A stretch of 64,000 bases of DNA, taken from positions 1 through 64,000 of the IMG/VR virus record IMGVR_UViG_3300037521_000114. One strand, given 5' to 3'. Position 1 is the stretch's first letter. Every line of letters starts with the position of its first letter. Under the pieces are notes generated by a model. That model saw nothing but the letters and a program-made list of their open reading frames with translations. It made no database searches and was not told where the DNA came from. The position numbers and the translations under genes are program-made. The stretch is from a virus. This document shows, one piece after another, positions 1-8,794 of this stretch.

Positions 1-1
1 G

Positions 2-127
2 CGTTCTCATCCTATAAGTATTATTCCTGATCACATCAAAGTTCATGGTTTCATGAAGGAGATGTGCGGAATGAGTACTGTTGGATCATTACCTGAGACA
101 GATGTTGAATCCACAGTTGAAGGATAA
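2..127 (+). CDS. 3' end of a gene truncated by the window start (RSHPISIIPDHIKVHGF...EG*), hypothetical protein
   Basis: Open frame from position 2 to TAA at 125-127; it overlaps the likely ATG (102) of the next gene. Confidence 0.55.
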   Translation, partial: RSHPISIIPDHIKVHGFMKEMCGMSTVGSLPETDVESTVEG

Positions 128-803
128 ATTTTTGGAATTGTTGGGGAAGGAGTGGTTCAAAAGGATGGAGAGCTACTTGAACGGTGATGACTTTTCAAAA
201 TTATATCTTGAATTGTTTAAAGAAAGGAGGCAATATACTATCTACCCTGAAAAGGGTTCGGAATTGTTGTTCAAAGCCTTTCGTACCACTCCTATTTCCA
301 AAGTCAAAGTCGTGATACTTGGACAAGACCCATATCATGACGGTTCTTACGATGGTTTCGCCTTCTCAAATGATGAGAATCGGTTGAGACTATCTCCCTC
401 TTTAGTGAATATTTTTAAAGAAGTCGAATCAGACGTATTTGATGGCTTTCAACTTAATCCGGACCCACAGCTTATTCGATGGGCAGAACAAGGTGTATTG
501 CTCATTAACACGGCTCATACGGTACGTGCAGGAGAACCTGCTTCACATATCCTATTATGGATGGAGTTTACTCGTGTAGTTATACATCACCTATTAAATA
601 GATACAATCCTACAGTTTGGATGTTGTGGGGAGCAAAAGCAAAGAGACATCTTAGTGAAAAGAAAATTGGTTCTAAACACTTGGTACTCACTGCTGCTCA
701 TCCTTCACCCTTTTCAGCTAATGCTGGATTCTTTGGGTGTAAACATTTTTCGCAAGCAAATGAATTTCTATTAAATAATAATGTTGAACCTATAAATTGG
801 TAA
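102..803 (+). CDS. ung: Uracil-DNA glycosylase, family 1
   Basis: VKVVILGQDPYH catalytic motif, PSLVNIFKE, WAEQGVLLIN, LWGAKA and AHPSPFS motifs; ATG at 102 preferred over TTG at 81. Confidence 0.95.
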   Translation: MLNPQLKDKFLELLGKEWFKRMESYLNGDDFSKLYLELFKERRQYTIYPEKGSELLFKAFRTTPISKVKVVILGQDPYHDGSYDGFAFSNDENRLRLSPSLVNIFKEVESDVFDGFQLNPDPQLIRWAEQGVLLINTAHTVRAGEPASHILLWMEFTRVVIHHLLNRYNPTVWMLWGAKAKRHLSEKKIGSKHLVLTAAHPSPFSANAGFFGCKHFSQANEFLLNNNVEPINW

Positions 804-1225
804 AGATGAAAAAAAAGATGATTATGTTAGCAATGATGGTCGTTGCGATCTCAGCTATTATTTTAGCTCAGACCAATGACGTAACAACAGATGTTGATCT
901 TGCGGTAAAGCGTGTTGTAGTTGACGGTGAAGGACAGTACATATTTTCCTTTGTAGGAAATGATAAGTACGCTGATAAATACTCAGCATTTTCCTTCAAG
1001 TTGACTGATACAGAAATCGAACTCGTAAGAAATTATGTAGGACGATTTGCAAAGATTGTAAGCGTGACTGATGATCGTGTTTCCATTATGAAAAATGATT
1101 TGAAAGTCAATATCGTTTACGATGATCCTAATTCTCCTGATAAACCACTACTGTCAGAAACAGTTCTGAGAGAAGAGGCTATTAAAGCAGGAGTACCTGA
1201 GTTTGAAACCTATTATAAAAATTAA
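797..1225 (+). CDS. Hypothetical exported protein
   Basis: Basic N-terminus plus hydrophobic stretch (KKKMIMLAMMVVAISAIILAQ) resembling a signal peptide. Confidence 0.7.
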   Translation: MVKMKKKMIMLAMMVVAISAIILAQTNDVTTDVDLAVKRVVVDGEGQYIFSFVGNDKYADKYSAFSFKLTDTEIELVRNYVGRFAKIVSVTDDRVSIMKNDLKVNIVYDDPNSPDKPLLSETVLREEAIKAGVPEFETYYKN

Positions 1226-1228
1226 AAA

Positions 1229-1540
1229 ATGGCGACAGAGAAGAAGAACAAACTCGTATTATTTTGGGAAGCAAAAGCTGGTGATAAGATCAAAGCTGCA
1301 AGAGCTTCCAAGTCCCTTCAGCGACAGGCTGAAATTGATGTAGCGAAGGCTCAAGAAGATTTTGAACTCGCTAAAGATGCTTTTGACGAAGCAAAAATGA
1401 AAGCGAAAGATGATCCGAAGGAAGGGTTCAAAAACATCGTCAAAACTCATCGTGCAATGGTGGTCGAGAAGAAAGATTTTGAGAACTCGATTGAAATCTA
1501 CGAAGCTCTCTTTGAAGAGAAGCCGAGACTACTCACGTAG
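1229..1540 (+). CDS. Hypothetical helical/coiled-coil protein
   Basis: 103-aa ORF, A-rich leader, tightly packed with neighbours. Confidence 0.7.
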   Translation: MATEKKNKLVLFWEAKAGDKIKAARASKSLQRQAEIDVAKAQEDFELAKDAFDEAKMKAKDDPKEGFKNIVKTHRAMVVEKKDFENSIEIYEALFEEKPRLLT

Positions 1541-1542
1541 TC

Positions 1543-2127
1543 ATGATACGGTTTGTCGGTGGTACGGTAGGTGGTGTAGCAGTAACCACCTACCATGACG
1601 TTAGAGTTCATATACGTCACGAGTTAAAAGAAGGTTATATTCCTTCAGCAAATGGTGATATGATCAGAGAAGAAATACCACTGAGAGAATTTTTAGGACG
1701 TATTTTTAAGGAAGGACGTGAAGTAGAGAATGAATTGTATCGGATAAGTAAGTGTATGGCTGGTGGTTATGGTTATAACGATAACGAACTGGATAGAGTC
1801 ACTAATACCTACGATGTAATGTATTCTAATCTTATCAGAAGAGGTAAAATAGTCCTTGCTCAACATAAAATACGTACTGATAGCATGATCGGTGGTAGAG
1901 ACCCTTACGATTTAGAAAGACGACAACTTATGGCAAATCAAAGTGATGATTATCGAAGACAAGCAATGATGCAGCAGATGTCCACTCCACCACTACATTA
2001 TCAACCTCATGGACTTTTAGGTTTAGGTGGTAATACTCAAATAGAACAAGCTATTAAAGATGAGGCAGAGAGATCAGAAAAAGAAAAGAAAAAGCGAACA
2101 GATGATTTATTTTTCTTGACAACATGA
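1543..2127 (+). CDS. Hypothetical protein
   Basis: 194-aa ORF in operon-like packing; ATGA overlap with next gene. Confidence 0.7.
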   Translation: MIRFVGGTVGGVAVTTYHDVRVHIRHELKEGYIPSANGDMIREEIPLREFLGRIFKEGREVENELYRISKCMAGGYGYNDNELDRVTNTYDVMYSNLIRRGKIVLAQHKIRTDSMIGGRDPYDLERRQLMANQSDDYRRQAMMQQMSTPPLHYQPHGLLGLGGNTQIEQAIKDEAERSEKEKKKRTDDLFFLTT

Positions 2128-2369
2128 GGATAAAAGAAGCATGGGAAATCATCGGACGAATAAATTCTGGTGAGATCGACTTCGGGGAACTCTCCGAGAA
2201 TGAGAAGGAAGACTTGCTCAAAGCTGTCTTCAAGCTCACAAGACGATATATGGTTCTGTCCCGTATCTACATGATGAGAGATGTAATAAAAACTATTGCA
2301 CTGATTCTCATTGTGTTATTAGGGATAAATATAATCGTTGAGATAATTAACTTATTTAAAAACTCTTAA
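2124..2369 (+). CDS. Small membrane protein
   Basis: C-terminal hydrophobic helix TIALILIVLLGINIIVEII. Confidence 0.65.
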   Translation: MRIKEAWEIIGRINSGEIDFGELSENEKEDLLKAVFKLTRRYMVLSRIYMMRDVIKTIALILIVLLGINIIVEIINLFKNS

Positions 2370-2381
2370 AACCAAACAGTT

Positions 2382-2753
2382 ATGTTTGAAAATCAAGTCG
2401 AAACGTATATTGCAAAAGCTCTCTTTGAAGAGGCAAAAGGTGACAACGCATTCCTGAATGAAAGCGAACTTGCTTTCCGTGTGACAGGTATGATGTATGC
2501 TGATAAGATCAAGTCCGAAGGACCTGTATCTCTTCGCTCTGTCAAAGGTAAAATGAGCAGAGTGCGTACCCTTTGTGATGAAGCCTCCAAGATTCTTCTA
2601 CCACAGGTAGAGGTAATCGACGAAGTGAAGACCATTACAGGCTGGAAAATTGCTTCCGGAGCTGATTTGGAGTATATTGGTCAAGTTTTTCTTGGTATCA
2701 AACCAAGAGCAACTGCTGATGCTCCTGAAGCCGAAGCCGAAACTAAGAAATAA
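2382..2753 (+). CDS. Hypothetical protein
   Basis: 123-aa ORF; TAATG overlap with next gene. Confidence 0.7.
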   Translation: MFENQVETYIAKALFEEAKGDNAFLNESELAFRVTGMMYADKIKSEGPVSLRSVKGKMSRVRTLCDEASKILLPQVEVIDEVKTITGWKIASGADLEYIGQVFLGIKPRATADAPEAEAETKK

Positions 2754-3109
2754 TGGAAACTGATATTTTTTACTATCACGGAAAAACTACTGATGGTCAC
2801 AGATTCACTATCGCTGGTCGTTTTCAGACTCTTATAGAGAATGAAATCAATAGTGACGGTGCTGATGTACTCATGCTTGGTATTTCTCTGTGTGGTGAAC
2901 AGGATCAGTTTGCTAAAAGACTTGGCAGAATAAGATCAGCAGGAAGAATGAAATCCAAACGCATTTTGGGTAGAACATACTTCTCGCTGTATGAAGAAAC
3001 ACGACCCTTGAATTGGTTCGCAGAAAAGAAAGGTAAAGTCTTTGTTGAAGCAGCACAACTTAATAATGCGCTCAGCAGATCAAGTATAATGCGAAAATTC
3101 AATCTATAA
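2753..3109 (+). CDS. Hypothetical phage protein
   Basis: 118-aa ORF with a GISLCxxxDQFxKxLGR pattern I recall from small phage proteins; no function assigned. Confidence 0.7.
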   Translation: METDIFYYHGKTTDGHRFTIAGRFQTLIENEINSDGADVLMLGISLCGEQDQFAKRLGRIRSAGRMKSKRILGRTYFSLYEETRPLNWFAEKKGKVFVEAAQLNNALSRSSIMRKFNL

Positions 3110-3132
3110 CACTACTTTCGCTACAGTAGGAA

Positions 3133-3176
3133 GCCTGAGTGATAATTCTGACTTAATTGTTAGAACTCACTCAGGT
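3133..3176 (+). terminator. Long intergenic hairpin, possible terminator or processing signal
   Basis: GCCTGAGTGA/TCACTCAGGT outer stem and TTCTGAC/GTTAGAA inner stem, followed by ATTTTACTTT. Confidence 0.5.
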
Positions 3177-3218
3177 ATTTTACTTTAGCATCAATACGAA
3201 CCACAAACTAACATTAAC

Positions 3219-3626
3219 ATGGAAAAAGAATCACTCAAAATAAATCCCAATCCGGAAGAAGTCAAAGCTATCAAAAAAGAAGCGATTAAATTGATCACGG
3301 AACGTATTAACAGAGGAGATGAATTTCTCTACATCAGTGAAGGACACGCATCAGGTAACGGAGAAGCTGCTCTCATGATTGGAGGAAATACTAATAATCT
3401 TGCAAGAGTGTTGTCTCTCACAATGTCAAAAGTTCCTCAACTTCATGAGATTGTAACTACTGCTGTGGAAGCACATAATTATGCTAACAGTAGAGAAGGT
3501 ATCATGGGTACTCTTAAAGATATGCTGACCAATCTTAAAGATAGTCTGGACTGTAATAATTGTGACAAGAAAGATGAATGTAAGATTAAAAATGATAGTA
3601 TGGTAAAGTCACAAGGAGATTGTTAA
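3219..3626 (+). CDS. Hypothetical protein with C-terminal CxxC
   Basis: 135-aa ORF containing CNNCDKKDEC. Confidence 0.7.
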   Translation: MEKESLKINPNPEEVKAIKKEAIKLITERINRGDEFLYISEGHASGNGEAALMIGGNTNNLARVLSLTMSKVPQLHEIVTTAVEAHNYANSREGIMGTLKDMLTNLKDSLDCNNCDKKDECKIKNDSMVKSQGDC

Positions 3627-3645
3627 ACCCTTTAAAATTATAAAA

Positions 3646-3996
3646 ATGGTAACAGATGAAGTAGAAGTACAACAAGGAGCTTTTAAAGAGTCCTTGTACA
3701 GGAATAACAGTAAAATCCGTAAGGATCGTGCTGATTCCATTATCGAGGATGCAGAACTCATTTACAAACGTGAGATCGAAGACCTCGATGTTCAAAAGAA
3801 AAAGATGTTGAGAGATCAGGAAAATATGCTTGATCTGTCTCCTACCGATGCACTGAGTCTGACTCTTGCAAGTGACTTTGATTCCAAAGTCTATGTGGAT
3901 AAGGACATTGAGCTTGGAGTAAAAATCCGCAACGTAGAGATCAAACTCGAAATTGCACGTAAGCGTTATGCTTACTTATTTGGAGGGACCGAATAA
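3646..3996 (+). CDS. Hypothetical helical protein coupled to the vWA gene
   Basis: 116-aa ORF; TAATG overlap with vWA gene. Confidence 0.75.
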   Translation: MVTDEVEVQQGAFKESLYRNNSKIRKDRADSIIEDAELIYKREIEDLDVQKKKMLRDQENMLDLSPTDALSLTLASDFDSKVYVDKDIELGVKIRNVEIKLEIARKRYAYLFGGTE

Positions 3997-4868
3997 TGGG
4001 AGGAGGTGGTTATAGTTCACTCTCTCGTGGAGTGCGTCATGAAGTCAAAGGTACGTATGCAAAGTCCAGTGAGATGAATTTCATGCAACGGGAAGTCCAT
4101 CATGAAATGAAATCTGTTGGTCTTGATTTTCGTGAGTCCAGAGATTCTGAAGAACATCCTGCATCTGTTGCAATCATTGTAGCACTGGATGTTACAGCGT
4201 CAATGGGAGAAGTTCCCAATCATCTTATCAAACACGGTCTTCCGAATATGATGGATGAGATTATCAAAGCTGGTATTGCTGATCCACAGGTTCTATTTAT
4301 GGGAATTGGTGATCACGAATGTGATCGTTCTCCCTTACAGGTAGGACAGTTTGAGAGTTCTGATGAACTGCTTGACAAGTGGTTAGAAAGTACTTATCTC
4401 GAAGGTGGAGGTGGTGGTAACGCAGGTGAGAGTTATATGTTAGCATGGTATTTCGCTGCTAATCACACTCAAATCGACTGTCTTGAGAAGAGAAAAGAGA
4501 AAGGATTCCTCTTTACCATTGGTGACGAACCTGTGTTACTTTCTGTTCCCGGTCCTGCTTTGCAGAAGATTATGGGAAATGCTCAATATGGAACACTATA
4601 CAATTCTACAGAACTTCTGGCAGAAGCACAGAAAATGTATGAGGTGTATCATATCCATATCAGTGAAACCTACTCCGGAGGCAGAAAGCACGTTAAGGAT
4701 GGATGGAAACAGATGATGGGAGACCATTGTATCATTGTCCAGAGTAGTGACGAGGTAAGCTCTGTAATCGCTACAATCGTATCGAAGAAATCCGGTTCGA
4801 CTGAGGGTGTAGAGGATACCTCCGACAATGAAAGTGTTGATAAGCCAAAAGAGGAGGAAATGCTATAA
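3996..4868 (+). CDS. von Willebrand factor A (vWA) domain protein
   Basis: MIDAS-like IIVALDVTASM, GGGGNAGESY and FTIGDE motifs. Confidence 0.85.
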   Translation: MGGGGYSSLSRGVRHEVKGTYAKSSEMNFMQREVHHEMKSVGLDFRESRDSEEHPASVAIIVALDVTASMGEVPNHLIKHGLPNMMDEIIKAGIADPQVLFMGIGDHECDRSPLQVGQFESSDELLDKWLESTYLEGGGGGNAGESYMLAWYFAANHTQIDCLEKRKEKGFLFTIGDEPVLLSVPGPALQKIMGNAQYGTLYNSTELLAEAQKMYEVYHIHISETYSGGRKHVKDGWKQMMGDHCIIVQSSDEVSSVIATIVSKKSGSTEGVEDTSDNESVDKPKEEEML

Positions 4869-5071
4869 TGGGAACGCCACATAAAGAAGAAAAGCGACAT
4901 ACTCCCAAGCGTAGAACTGCGGAGATGAAGGAGCTTCTCGATGCAAGTCTTGATGCCTTTGATGATCTGAAAGATCAAGCACATTTTGCCAACCTGATTC
5001 ATGGATTAAGCATGGAAATGTTGGAAACAGTTGCAATCAGAGAAATGAAGCCTGTTGATGAAGGCTCGTGA
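4868..5071 (+). CDS. Small hypothetical protein
   Basis: 67-aa ORF; TAATG overlap upstream and short overlap downstream. Confidence 0.55.
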   Translation: MGTPHKEEKRHTPKRRTAEMKELLDASLDAFDDLKDQAHFANLIHGLSMEMLETVAIREMKPVDEGS

Positions 5072-6230
5072 AATGAGAACAGCAGTAATCGGACTTGGAT
5101 TTGGAGATGAGGGTAAAGGTATGGTGGTATCACACCTTTGCTCTCATTTCAACAATCCTTTAGTCGTCAGATATTCAGGTGGACACCAAGCAGGTCATAC
5201 CGTTGTACACAAAGACATCAAACATACGTTTGCAAACTTTGGGTCAGGTACACTGCAAGGATGTCCTACTTACTGGTCGAAATATTGTACAATTGAACCT
5301 GTCGGTTTACTCAAGGAGCTTACAATCCTTGTGGATAAGATGGGTACAAGTTTTGATGATGTGAAAATCTACATCCACGAAGAATGTCCTGTAACTACTC
5401 CTTTCGATATATTTCACAATCAGAAATTGGAGAAAGAGAAGATGTACGGAACTTGTGGAGTTGGGTTTGGTGATACTCTCGAAAGAGAAGAAGATCACTT
5501 CCATCTACATTTTTCAGACCTGTTTAACCCTACTATTTTGAAGATCAAATTGGAACAGATTCGTAAGTACTACGGTTTGTTCCATGTCCTTAAAGACATT
5601 GATGTAGGACCTTTTATGGAAGCTGTGGATATACTCAATGCGAAAAACGTATTTCCTCACGATGTCATTATTCCTGTAAAGAGTAATGAAATACCAGCAC
5701 ATCCAAATACCATTTATGAAGGCTCACAAGGTCTTTTACTTGATCAGGATATTGGATTCTTTCCCAACGTAACACGCTCTAATGTAGGACGTAAGCGTTT
5801 GGATGAGTTCATTTATGCTTATGATGAGGTATGGTATGTGACGAGAGCGTACCAAACTCGTCATGGTTATGGTCCGATGACTAATGAGGAGCATCCATTG
5901 AAGCTGATCAATAATAAAGGTGAGTCGAATCTCGATAACTTTTATCAAGGACAGTTTCGGAAGAGTATGCTTGACGTTGATCTTTTAAATTATGCTTTAG
6001 AGCAGGATTCTAAGAGTGTCAGAAACATCCAGACTAAATATCTGGTGATCACCTGTCTTGACCAAATGGTTAATTGGCGGTTCACTCAGGGCGGTCAGGT
6101 ATTTGATTCTGGAAATGAAGAGAAGTTCATTGCGAATGTAGTGAGTGCTTTGAATTTTAAAGGAATGGTGTACCTTAGCCGATCCGAAAATAATGAACTT
6201 GAACAATGGAAAGGAGGAAAGGATGTCTAA
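5055..6230 (+). CDS. Adenylosuccinate synthetase-like ligase (divergent PurA family)
   Basis: GLGFGDEGKG, GGHQAGHTV, GTCGVG, YEGSQGLLLD, FPNVTRS and TRAYQTRHG motifs; start may be at 5073. Confidence 0.85.
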   Translation: MMKAREMRTAVIGLGFGDEGKGMVVSHLCSHFNNPLVVRYSGGHQAGHTVVHKDIKHTFANFGSGTLQGCPTYWSKYCTIEPVGLLKELTILVDKMGTSFDDVKIYIHEECPVTTPFDIFHNQKLEKEKMYGTCGVGFGDTLEREEDHFHLHFSDLFNPTILKIKLEQIRKYYGLFHVLKDIDVGPFMEAVDILNAKNVFPHDVIIPVKSNEIPAHPNTIYEGSQGLLLDQDIGFFPNVTRSNVGRKRLDEFIYAYDEVWYVTRAYQTRHGYGPMTNEEHPLKLINNKGESNLDNFYQGQFRKSMLDVDLLNYALEQDSKSVRNIQTKYLVITCLDQMVNWRFTQGGQVFDSGNEEKFIANVVSALNFKGMVYLSRSENNELEQWKGGKDV

Positions 6231-6792
6231 AGTAATAAAATTTGAAGATTTTGACTTAACGCAAGTAGGTAACACTATGGAAATCGAAGGAGTTCTGTAT
6301 GGCGATACGCTTGTAATGCTTCCGGACACTAAGGGTTTTATGTACCTTGAAATCCTCATTCCAACTCTTGAAGAGTGGGGAAAGATTATCCGACAATCCG
6401 ACCTGAAAGAAATCGAAGGTATGTCAAAGGGTCAAAAAATTATCTTGCGGAAATCTACCCGACAGATCGAACAGAAGGTCTCTTGGGAGGTGTTCCGCAG
6501 AGACCATTATACCTGTCGGTATTGTGGTGCAGATGACCGACCCTTGACGGTAGACCATGTTGTAGTATGGGAAGAAATGGGTCCGAGTGTCCCAATGAAC
6601 CTCATTTCGAGTTGTAAGAAATGCAACAACAAACGAGGCACAATGAGATACGAGGCTTGGCTTGAAAGTCCCTACTATCTGTCAAACGTTCCAGCATTAA
6701 CTGTAGATGTAATCGCAAATAATGTAAGAGCCATAGCAGATATACCCTACATCAAGGAACACCTCTTACGCAACGTGAAGCGTAGCCGATGA
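6223..6792 (+). CDS. HNH endonuclease-domain protein
   Basis: RRDHYTCRYC...LTVDHV...NLISSCKKCNNKRG; ATG at 6223 overlaps the previous stop. Confidence 0.85.
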   Translation: MSKVIKFEDFDLTQVGNTMEIEGVLYGDTLVMLPDTKGFMYLEILIPTLEEWGKIIRQSDLKEIEGMSKGQKIILRKSTRQIEQKVSWEVFRRDHYTCRYCGADDRPLTVDHVVVWEEMGPSVPMNLISSCKKCNNKRGTMRYEAWLESPYYLSNVPALTVDVIANNVRAIADIPYIKEHLLRNVKRSR

Positions 6793-6932
6793 AATGGCAA
6801 CCGAAATGTGGCAGTTGTGGTAGAATCATAGGAGCTTCTGAGTTTGACAGGGATGAAATAAAAGTTGATTTTATTCCTGATACAGAACGCACCGTTGAAT
6901 CTACCACGTATACACACAAACGTTGTCTTTAA
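6789..6932 (+). CDS. Small 47-aa putative zinc-finger protein, absent from the ORF track
   Basis: MKWQPKCGSCGRIIGASEFDRDEIKVDFIPDTERTVESTTYTHKRCL*; CxxC...HxxC; ATGA overlap with the HNH stop. Confidence 0.65.
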   Translation: MKWQPKCGSCGRIIGASEFDRDEIKVDFIPDTERTVESTTYTHKRCL

Positions 6933-6981
6933 TTCACGATTCTCTAATTATCTTAGTAGCAATCTTTTAAATCTTTTTCTC

Positions 6982-8634
6982 ATGGGAAAATTCAATGAGA
7001 AGAGTACGACCAAACACGTACCTTCTGAAACAAACGCAATGGGTTCCGCAGCGTATAAACTGGACCCTAAAGAAGAACTCGTATCTACTATACTGACTAC
7101 TTTTGTACAGAAGTCTTACTACGAAAAAGAGAAGGAAATCATGAAACGCTTCCGAAAGGCAGCAGAGAATTGTGATCCTTTGTTCGTAGCAAAGACAGCT
7201 CTGTATGCTCGTGGTCCTGCGAATATGAGAACGTCTTCACACGTCCTTGCAGCCGAACTTGCTCCACGAATTACTGGACTTGAATGGTCTTCAAGGTTTT
7301 ACAACAAGATCGTAAACCGGACTGATGATATGAGTGAGATTCTATCTTACTATGAAGGTATCATGAAGGGTAAGGGAGTTCCTAACGCTATGCGTAAGGG
7401 ATTCAAGAAGTATCTTGAGGGTATGGACCCTTATCTGATTGATAAGTACAAAATGCCCGGAAGAGAGATTTCTCTTATCGACCTTGTGAATCGTATGCAC
7501 CCTGTTCCAACTCAGTCTAACGCAGAAGCATTTAAGCTGCTCATGACCAAAGGTGGAAAAGGAATAGATAAACTCTATGGCTCGAAGATTCTTGAGAAAG
7601 AAATGTCCAAAGCTGGTACAGCTCCTAAAACAGCTCAAAAAACTGTTGCTGAAGCGAAAGAAGAAGCTATCAAGGACGTGCTGAGCAATGTTAAAGGTAT
7701 GCCTATTTTTAACCTGTTGAGGAACCTGAGGAATATCATCCTCTACTCTCCAACAAGTGTTAATGCTGCTTGTAATCAACTCGTTATTCCTGAGAAGATT
7801 TACAAGTCAAGGCTCCTACCTTTCCGGTTCCTGTCTGCTCATCTTGAAATTACCAAGATGAAATATGACCTTAAAGAAGGAACATCCGGTAAAATTGTCT
7901 TTGAAGATGAAATTGAAGGTCGTGTTGCAACTCGTGAAGAGTTCACCAAGCTCAAAGCTCAGGTTCTCGCTCATCTTGAAAAGGCTGTTGAGCTGTCTTG
8001 TCATAATATCCCTGAATTGGAAGGTCGTGTAGCAATACTGATTGACCACTCAGGGTCAATGAGAGGAGATGGTGGAGGTAGTTCACTTGTCTCAGCACTG
8101 TCACGTACTACCAGTTCTGATATTGCAAACATCTTCGCTGCTATGCTTCTGAGTAAGCAACCAAGCGTATATGTTGGTCTCTTCGGAGATACTCTACTTC
8201 AGTATAAAGTAGATCGTGAGAAGGGAATCCTTGCAATGTCAAGGGATATGCACCGTAAAGGTAGTAGCTGTGGAGGTGGAACTGAACAAGGGGTTTACGT
8301 GTTCTTTGAGGAATTGATTAAGAGCCGTACTCCTGTGGACTTCATTATTGTGTTCTCTGACATGGTTATCGGTGAGAGAAACTCTTGGTATGGTGTATCA
8401 GGAGATCGTCGTCCCGGAAGGTTCCAAGACATCTTTAAGCAGTTCAGGAAACTGTATCCTACAACCAAAGTTGTGTCTGTTGATATTAGGCAGACATCTG
8501 GTACTACTGTGTTCAATAAGAACTTCGGTGTATCTCAGGTTGCTGGATGGTCAGAAAAGATTTTTGATGTAATCGCTGAAGGCGGTGCTGGTTATAAAGC
8601 CATCATCGAAGAAATCGAAAAGATCAAAATTTAA
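6982..8634 (+). CDS. TROVE-domain Ro60/Rsr-like RNA-binding protein with C-terminal vWA domain (550 aa)
   Basis: N-terminal N.MG..AY.L.P.EEL, DPLFVAKTALYAR..NMR, KYK...SLIDLVNRMHPVP, MPIFNLLRNLRNI, SRLLPFRFLSA, and vWA MIDAS ILIDHSGSM...VFSDM; ATG at 6982 preferred over TTG at 6865. Confidence 0.92.
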   Translation: MGKFNEKSTTKHVPSETNAMGSAAYKLDPKEELVSTILTTFVQKSYYEKEKEIMKRFRKAAENCDPLFVAKTALYARGPANMRTSSHVLAAELAPRITGLEWSSRFYNKIVNRTDDMSEILSYYEGIMKGKGVPNAMRKGFKKYLEGMDPYLIDKYKMPGREISLIDLVNRMHPVPTQSNAEAFKLLMTKGGKGIDKLYGSKILEKEMSKAGTAPKTAQKTVAEAKEEAIKDVLSNVKGMPIFNLLRNLRNIILYSPTSVNAACNQLVIPEKIYKSRLLPFRFLSAHLEITKMKYDLKEGTSGKIVFEDEIEGRVATREEFTKLKAQVLAHLEKAVELSCHNIPELEGRVAILIDHSGSMRGDGGGSSLVSALSRTTSSDIANIFAAMLLSKQPSVYVGLFGDTLLQYKVDREKGILAMSRDMHRKGSSCGGGTEQGVYVFFEELIKSRTPVDFIIVFSDMVIGERNSWYGVSGDRRPGRFQDIFKQFRKLYPTTKVVSVDIRQTSGTTVFNKNFGVSQVAGWSEKIFDVIAEGGAGYKAIIEEIEKIKI

Positions 8635-8658
8635 TTTTCAGCTATACAGAATTTTATA

Positions 8659-8666
8659 TATATTTG
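8659..8666 (+). promoter_or_regulatory. Bacteroidota-type -7 promoter element (TAnnTTTG) at the start of the RNA array
   Basis: TATATTTG at 8659-8666, abutting RNA unit 1; only a weak TTTT/TTTC match about 20 nt upstream. Confidence 0.55.
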
Positions 8667-8758
8667 CAAAGAGAGTGACAATTAGGAGGCTTACTTCGTT
8701 ACAAGTTCCATTATACTTTTACAGATAATCGTCTTCTTTGATTTTTCCTCTCTTTGCA
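8665..8758 (+). ncRNA. Y-RNA-like unit 1 (minimal cargo hairpin)
   Basis: TGCAAAGAGAG/CTCTCTTTGCA terminal stem, GGAGGC/GTCTTC inner stem, TTACTTCG at 8691-8698, ATTAT/ATAAT hairpin at 8710-8729, U-run after. Confidence 0.7.
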
Positions 8759-8764
8759 TTTTTA

Positions 8765-8773
8765 GTTCTTTGA
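8765..8773 (+). promoter_or_regulatory. boxA-like antitermination element
   Basis: GTTCTTTGA right after the U-run of unit 1; resembles rRNA-operon boxA. Confidence 0.4.
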
Positions 8774-8794
8774 TACAAAAACATTATAATACTT

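Noticed and set aside
5055-6230. PurZ / 2-aminoadenine (Z-genome) pathway
   Set aside because: The enzyme keeps Asp in GDEGKG (PurZ has Ser there), and I see no DatZ/MazZ-like neighbours in the window.
6865-6981. 39-aa N-terminal extension of the TROVE protein from a TTG start
   Set aside because: It overlaps the coupled 47-aa ORF (6789-6932), and TROVE-like sequence begins at ATG 6982.
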